Sequence record: NC_015251.1
Direction: 5' to 3' (one strand)
Length of the DNA: 64,000 bases
Shown: in pieces, positions 60,104 through 64,000 of the stretch
Layout of the letters: every line of letters starts with the position of its first letter
Numbering within the stretch: the stretch's first letter is position 1
The notes under the pieces: model-generated
What the model was told of the DNA's origin: nothing
Database searches by the model: none
What the model saw: only the letters and a program-made list of their open reading frames with translations
Program-made: the position numbers and the translations under genes

Positions 60104-61164
60104 TGTGTTAAGTCCCTATGATTCAATTTAACTATTTCTGCTCTAACTACGTGGTTTGAACTTGTAGTATTTTCTCCAGAAACTGTTAAAAACACTTTAT
60201 ACCATTTATTGGTTGTTTGGTTATAAAAAGAACTACTATGTAATTCCATACTTCCACCATAAACACCATTATCTATTTCTGTATTTATTGTAGTTGCTAC
60301 CCAACCGGATTGATACCAAGAACGAATTCCGTTTGCACCACTTTGTATTGTATATTTTATATCATAAATTGCAGGAATTGTGGGATCTGTCAATTTAACA
60401 TTAAGGCTACTAGTGTTTCCAGTTCTTCTATTTAAAACTATAGTAAGACCTGAATCTCCAATTGGAAATGAATATGTTCCATTTAACGCAGGAGTTTGGA
60501 TTGTTCCCGAATAACTCCAATATGTTTGGGGTAGATATGGCAATAGTTTATTAAGGAGATTTCTTAGGTCTGTATCAGTAAGGGAATCCACATCAAATAC
60601 ACCAGACACTCCTTGTATTCCTTGGTCACCTTTATCTCCCTTGTCGCCCTGTATTCCTTGTATCCCTTGTATTCCTTGGTCACCTTTATCTCCCTTGTCG
60701 CCTTTATCACCTTTTGCCCCAACTGCCGACATTAATGCCCAATACACAGTATCTGTCGGTAATATTCCAGTTGATGATGTTATACAAAAATATGTAGCTC
60801 CTTCATAGGAAACTGCATCGTCATCAATGTATGCTACCAGCGGGTCATATATCCCTTTCCAGTTTAATCCAGATGGTCCAATAGGTCCTATATCCCCTTT
60901 ATCTCCCTTGTCGCCTTTATCTCCCTTCTCTCCCGGAACACCATCGAGCATTTCTTGGGTTATTCCTAAAATACCTCTAGCTTCCTCTGCGGTGTTTGAC
61001 TTAATTATAGATTTACCATAATCCGGAGAAGTTAATTTATCGGTGTCTAATGGGCTGGTAGATTTTAGTATAGAATCAAATTGAATTTTTGTTTCATCCA
61101 TTTCAACAAGATTCACCCCCTTAAAATCCCCACGACCATTATGACCAAATAACGGATCTGTCAT
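60100..61164 (-). CDS. collagen-like repeat protein with CBM5/12-like insert (putative head or fibre decoration)
   Basis: Two (Gly-X-Y)n blocks (GDK/GIQ) flank WKGIYDP...DAVSYEGATY...W; translationally coupled to Hoc2. Confidence 0.75.
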   Translation of the reverse strand: MTDPLFGHNGRGDFKGVNLVEMDETKIQFDSILKSTSPLDTDKLTSPDYGKSIIKSNTAEEARGILGITQEMLDGVPGEKGDKGDKGDKGDIGPIGPSGLNWKGIYDPLVAYIDDDAVSYEGATYFCITSSTGILPTDTVYWALMSAVGAKGDKGDKGDKGDQGIQGIQGIQGDKGDKGDQGIQGVSGVFDVDSLTDTDLRNLLNKLLPYLPQTYWSYSGTIQTPALNGTYSFPIGDSGLTIVLNRRTGNTSSLNVKLTDPTIPAIYDIKYTIQSGANGIRSWYQSGWVATTINTEIDNGVYGGSMELHSSSFYNQTTNKWYKVFLTVSGENTTSSNHVVRAEIVKLNHRDLTQ

Positions 61165-61185
61165 TTTATTTTTCCTTCTTTGTAG

Positions 61186-61214
61186 TTGACTTCAACAAAA
61201 CCTTATGTTAACCT
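61186..61214 (+). promoter_or_regulatory. sigma70-type promoter
   Basis: TTGACT-17-TAACCT with an extended TG. Confidence 0.55.
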
Positions 61215-61264
61215 ATAGCCAAAATAAAGTTTGAAATCATCATTTATATTTACGGGAGTTAAAA

Positions 61265-61636
61265 ATGAGTAAATTGCCTGAGTTTGTAAGTTTCAATAAA
61301 TCTGTTAAAATAGATGATATGACATTAATGTTACCAGTTAACACCCATAAATTTGATAAATTTGCGGTAACTATTAACGATAATGGATTGGTTGAATTGT
61401 GGCCTGAATCTTGTGTAGATGTGGGTATTTCTTACAACGAAAATATTGGATTTCATGTAAGTGCTAATCCAGATCATTATAGTTGGGATAGTGAAATTAT
61501 GGTTGGTCATATGTACGAAGATGATCCGGCTTCTGCCACATACCTTAATTGTATGTGGCAGTTTAAAAGAGAGGGTAGTTCAATTAAATTTATTTCAAAA
61601 GAATGCTTTACTTCTTACTCTGGTCGTGTAAAATAG
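61265..61636 (+). CDS. hypothetical protein
   Basis: RBS GGGAG; 123 aa. Confidence 0.75.
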   Translation: MSKLPEFVSFNKSVKIDDMTLMLPVNTHKFDKFAVTINDNGLVELWPESCVDVGISYNENIGFHVSANPDHYSWDSEIMVGHMYEDDPASATYLNCMWQFKREGSSIKFISKECFTSYSGRVK

Positions 61637-61662
61637 GTTTTAGACATTAAGGGAGAGACGAC

Positions 61663-62001
61663 ATGAAAACCATCCATTGTAAGCCTGAGTTTGTGGAATT
61701 CTATCACGGTTCGTGTACTCTCGGCCTTAAAGGAAATATGTTGCTTCCTCCTGAAATGACTGATACTATTTCTGAGAAGGGTAGAAAGAAGAATCTAGAT
61801 CGGGTATTCTTCACCAAGGATAAAGGTCTTGCTAAGGTATACGCAAGGCGGGCGGCTCGGTCTATTGGTGGGGAACCTACTTTGTTTCGAGTTGTTGCGC
61901 CGGTAGATACCGTGTTTATGTCAGAAACTCCGGGGGCGACTGTGTATCATGCCGCATGGGCATTCGTTGAAGAAATGCCTTTTGGTAAATTGAGCGACTA
62001 A
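61663..62001 (+). CDS. ADP-ribosyltransferase-like protein (Arr/ART fold)
   Basis: FYHGS, LLPP, VFFTKDKGLAKVYA: H-G-S/T...F-T...A-x-x-Y-A pattern. Confidence 0.65.
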   Translation: MKTIHCKPEFVEFYHGSCTLGLKGNMLLPPEMTDTISEKGRKKNLDRVFFTKDKGLAKVYARRAARSIGGEPTLFRVVAPVDTVFMSETPGATVYHAAWAFVEEMPFGKLSD

Positions 62002-62011
62002 GGAAATTATT

Positions 62012-62386
62012 ATGAATTTTAAACTTGACGACTCTAATCTTGTTATCAATCACCTTTTTCTCAACCAATCTCAAGAAATCCTAGAGAAAATCCGAGAAAC
62101 CCGTAGTAAAGATGTAATTGATGAACCATTTAAACTTACCATCATGATCAATGGTGTTGAGATTGAACATGTAGATTCATATGAAAACTTTATGAAATAT
62201 CAATATGAAGTTATGGAAAACCGACTTAAACAGGAATATAACGTTGATGCGTTTGATATGCGGGTGAGGGATGCTGCGGAAAAGATCATCAAGGATAAGT
62301 TTGGTGATTTGATGGACAAGATGTATGATTTTGAACGTTCTGTTGATTTTGGAAACTCTGTAATAGAAACCGAATGGGGTATGTAA
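62012..62386 (+). CDS. hypothetical protein
   Basis: RBS AAGGA; 124 aa. Confidence 0.75.
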   Translation: MNFKLDDSNLVINHLFLNQSQEILEKIRETRSKDVIDEPFKLTIMINGVEIEHVDSYENFMKYQYEVMENRLKQEYNVDAFDMRVRDAAEKIIKDKFGDLMDKMYDFERSVDFGNSVIETEWGM

Positions 62387-62387
62387 T

Positions 62388-62636
62388 ATGAAACTTGATT
62401 CTGGATTTTTCGAAAAAGTAAAGTACACAAACCGTTATGATGTTAAACATTTTCGTACATTTGATAATGAAGTGTTGTACGTTTGGGAAAAACATTCTAC
62501 CAATGAAGATCCGGTAATTGAGTTGGTTATGGTTGATGATGAAGTCTTTATGACCGGTAGATATTTTGACCAATACGATTATGATGATTTTATCTATAAT
62601 ATAGAAAAAGATTGCATTCCTGACCCATTCTGGTAA
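62388..62636 (+). CDS. hypothetical protein
   Basis: 82 aa, operonic. Confidence 0.7.
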   Translation: MKLDSGFFEKVKYTNRYDVKHFRTFDNEVLYVWEKHSTNEDPVIELVMVDDEVFMTGRYFDQYDYDDFIYNIEKDCIPDPFW

Positions 62637-62673
62637 TATCTATCACGTAGACAACAAAACAGAGGAAGTAATC

Positions 62674-63237
62674 ATGAAAGTAGGCTCAATGGTTCAGATC
62701 AACGTAAATAACTTTACTGGTGAAAATGACCACGAAAATCCGTTTGGTATTGTCGGTGAGGTTATCGATCATAGTCCTGAAATCTGGACAAAAGTTGAAT
62801 GGCCTAATGGTGTCATAAGTTATTACGATGAGGATGAACTGATTTGTCTTGACTATCAGGAAGAAACCAAAATTCCAACAGTTGTTCAACCAGAAACCGG
62901 ATTTAATCCAGTGTTTGTTGCTCGCGTCATTGCAAAAATTGACGAATATCATAAAACCTATCTGGTAGAACATCCACATGATTGGGATTGTTGTGGATTT
63001 GCTTCTGTATCCATTGAGTTTGGTCGCAAACGTAAGATGAAGGAACAGGTTCAAGCTCTTGGTTTTAATATCGCTTATAAAAGTGGAACCGATTCAATTA
63101 TGGATCCCACGTTTCGAATTCCCTCTTGTGGTCATCAGTCGTTGACTTACAAGGAAGAAATCACCAAGATTATTTGTGAAGAAATTAACAATGTAGTTGG
63201 TGAAAAAATTGCCCGTGTATCATCTTATATGGATTAA
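62674..63237 (+). CDS. hypothetical protein
   Basis: RBS GAGG; 187 aa with WDCCGFA. Confidence 0.75.
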   Translation: MKVGSMVQINVNNFTGENDHENPFGIVGEVIDHSPEIWTKVEWPNGVISYYDEDELICLDYQEETKIPTVVQPETGFNPVFVARVIAKIDEYHKTYLVEHPHDWDCCGFASVSIEFGRKRKMKEQVQALGFNIAYKSGTDSIMDPTFRIPSCGHQSLTYKEEITKIICEEINNVVGEKIARVSSYMD

Positions 63238-63252
63238 AATGAGGAAAAATAA

Positions 63253-63834
63253 ATGAAAGTAGGTGTTTTTGTTTTTAAGAGTCCGTATTTCGTGGATAAA
63301 TTTATTAAGTCTGCGGAAAACCGAGATTTTATTTTGAATGTGTATATGAACCATGAAGCTGACGGTTCAATCGAACTACACGCTTCAACTACCGCGCTAA
63401 GGTATGCAGATCGAGATGGATACCTTAGTCGATTTATTGTAAATGGTGTAGAGAAGATTGACGAAATCAATTCAATTGATGTTTCTGATTTTGGTGAATA
63501 TTTCGAATGGGTCCGTGATTATGACGTGGAAGACCCAGAAGAAGATACCCCGATTGATGAAGATGTATTGTATTCTGCCATCATGAAGGATCTTTACGTT
63601 CCAGAACCGCAAAAAGAACCAGAAGATGATTTTACAAAAGATCTGTATGGTATGAGTATGTCTGGGGAATTGAAACTGACTGGGCTTCCTAAACCCGTTG
63701 AGCATATCAAAATTGATAATATTGAGATTCTTGATTTGGTATCAAATGTAATGGAAGGTGTTTCCAAATACGAAATGACTATTTCCAAAGACTCGGAAGG
63801 TAAACAATGTTTTCAACTGAAAATCGAATGGTAG
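63253..63834 (+). CDS. hypothetical protein
   Basis: RBS GAGG; 193 aa, acidic middle. Confidence 0.75.
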   Translation: MKVGVFVFKSPYFVDKFIKSAENRDFILNVYMNHEADGSIELHASTTALRYADRDGYLSRFIVNGVEKIDEINSIDVSDFGEYFEWVRDYDVEDPEEDTPIDEDVLYSAIMKDLYVPEPQKEPEDDFTKDLYGMSMSGELKLTGLPKPVEHIKIDNIEILDLVSNVMEGVSKYEMTISKDSEGKQCFQLKIEW

Positions 63835-64000
63835 TAGAAGGGCGGTATCAATTCCGCTCATTAGAATCTCGTCATGCATATAGAAATAGTTGTGAAAGCA
63901 ACCGTTTCAATTATGAGCTGATGAAAGATGGATTTCGTGTATTTCATACTGACGAAGATGATAACGTTATTGCGATCTGTTCCATTGATGATGTTCTTGG
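63828..64000 (+). CDS. hypothetical protein, partial (runs off window end)
   Basis: ATG overlaps the previous stop; MVVEGRYQFRSLESRHAY... stays open to the window end. Confidence 0.6.
   Translation, partial: MVVEGRYQFRSLESRHAYRNSCESNRFNYELMKDGFRVFHTDEDDNVIAICSIDDVL

Noticed and set aside
60608-60940. Short tandem DNA repeats (cctttatctcccttgtcg, ccttgtatt)
   Set aside because: Explained by Gly-X-Y collagen coding; not a CRISPR array or iterons
44787-63788. Numerous 60-120-aa ORFs antisense to or overlapping real genes (for example 44787, 45312, 46832, 53868, 57292, 62686, 63234)
   Set aside because: They are shadow ORFs of well-supported genes on the opposite strand or in another frame; no RBS or motifs

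Overview
This is a 64-kb segment of a large, AT-rich T4-like (Straboviridae-type) myophage genome. The host is probably a gammaproteobacterium; that is inference from the gp23 codon style and the tRNA set. Bases 1-36.9 kb carry the minus-strand virion morphogenesis cluster: gp23, 22, 21, 68, 67, 20, 19, 18, 17, 16, 15, 14, 13, a whisker-associated adhesin, wac, 12, 11, 10, 9, 8, 7, 6, 25, 5.4, 5.1, 5, a hub protein, 53 and 48. Bases 36.9-44.8 kb carry plus-strand gp4, an HNH homing endonuclease, gp2, gp54, an unusual 200-bp palindromic intergenic element, gp26/gp51, the gp29 tape measure, gp3, gp1 and gp57A. Bases 44.8-64 kb are accessory. They include a J-domain protein, a TAGT-like glycosyltransferase, 17 canonical tRNAs interleaved with several tRNA-like and highly structured non-coding elements, a Dps-like protein, a kinase with a capsid-targeting signal, two Hoc paralogues, a ParB-like protein, thymidine kinase, a collagen-repeat protein, an ART-like protein and many hypotheticals. 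The assembly has many single-base indels, mostly in homopolymers, that split essential genes, so frameshift claims must be read with that caveat. The most interesting candidates are three. First, a nested inverted repeat with an AAV-ITR-like T-shaped tip at 40151-40353, possibly an origin or recombination site. Second, a lambda G/GT-type -1 frameshift joining gp26 to a start-less gp51 just before the tape measure gene. Third, an island of CCA-ended, tRNA-like and ornate ncRNAs plus twin Cys-rich micro-ORFs in the tRNA cluster.
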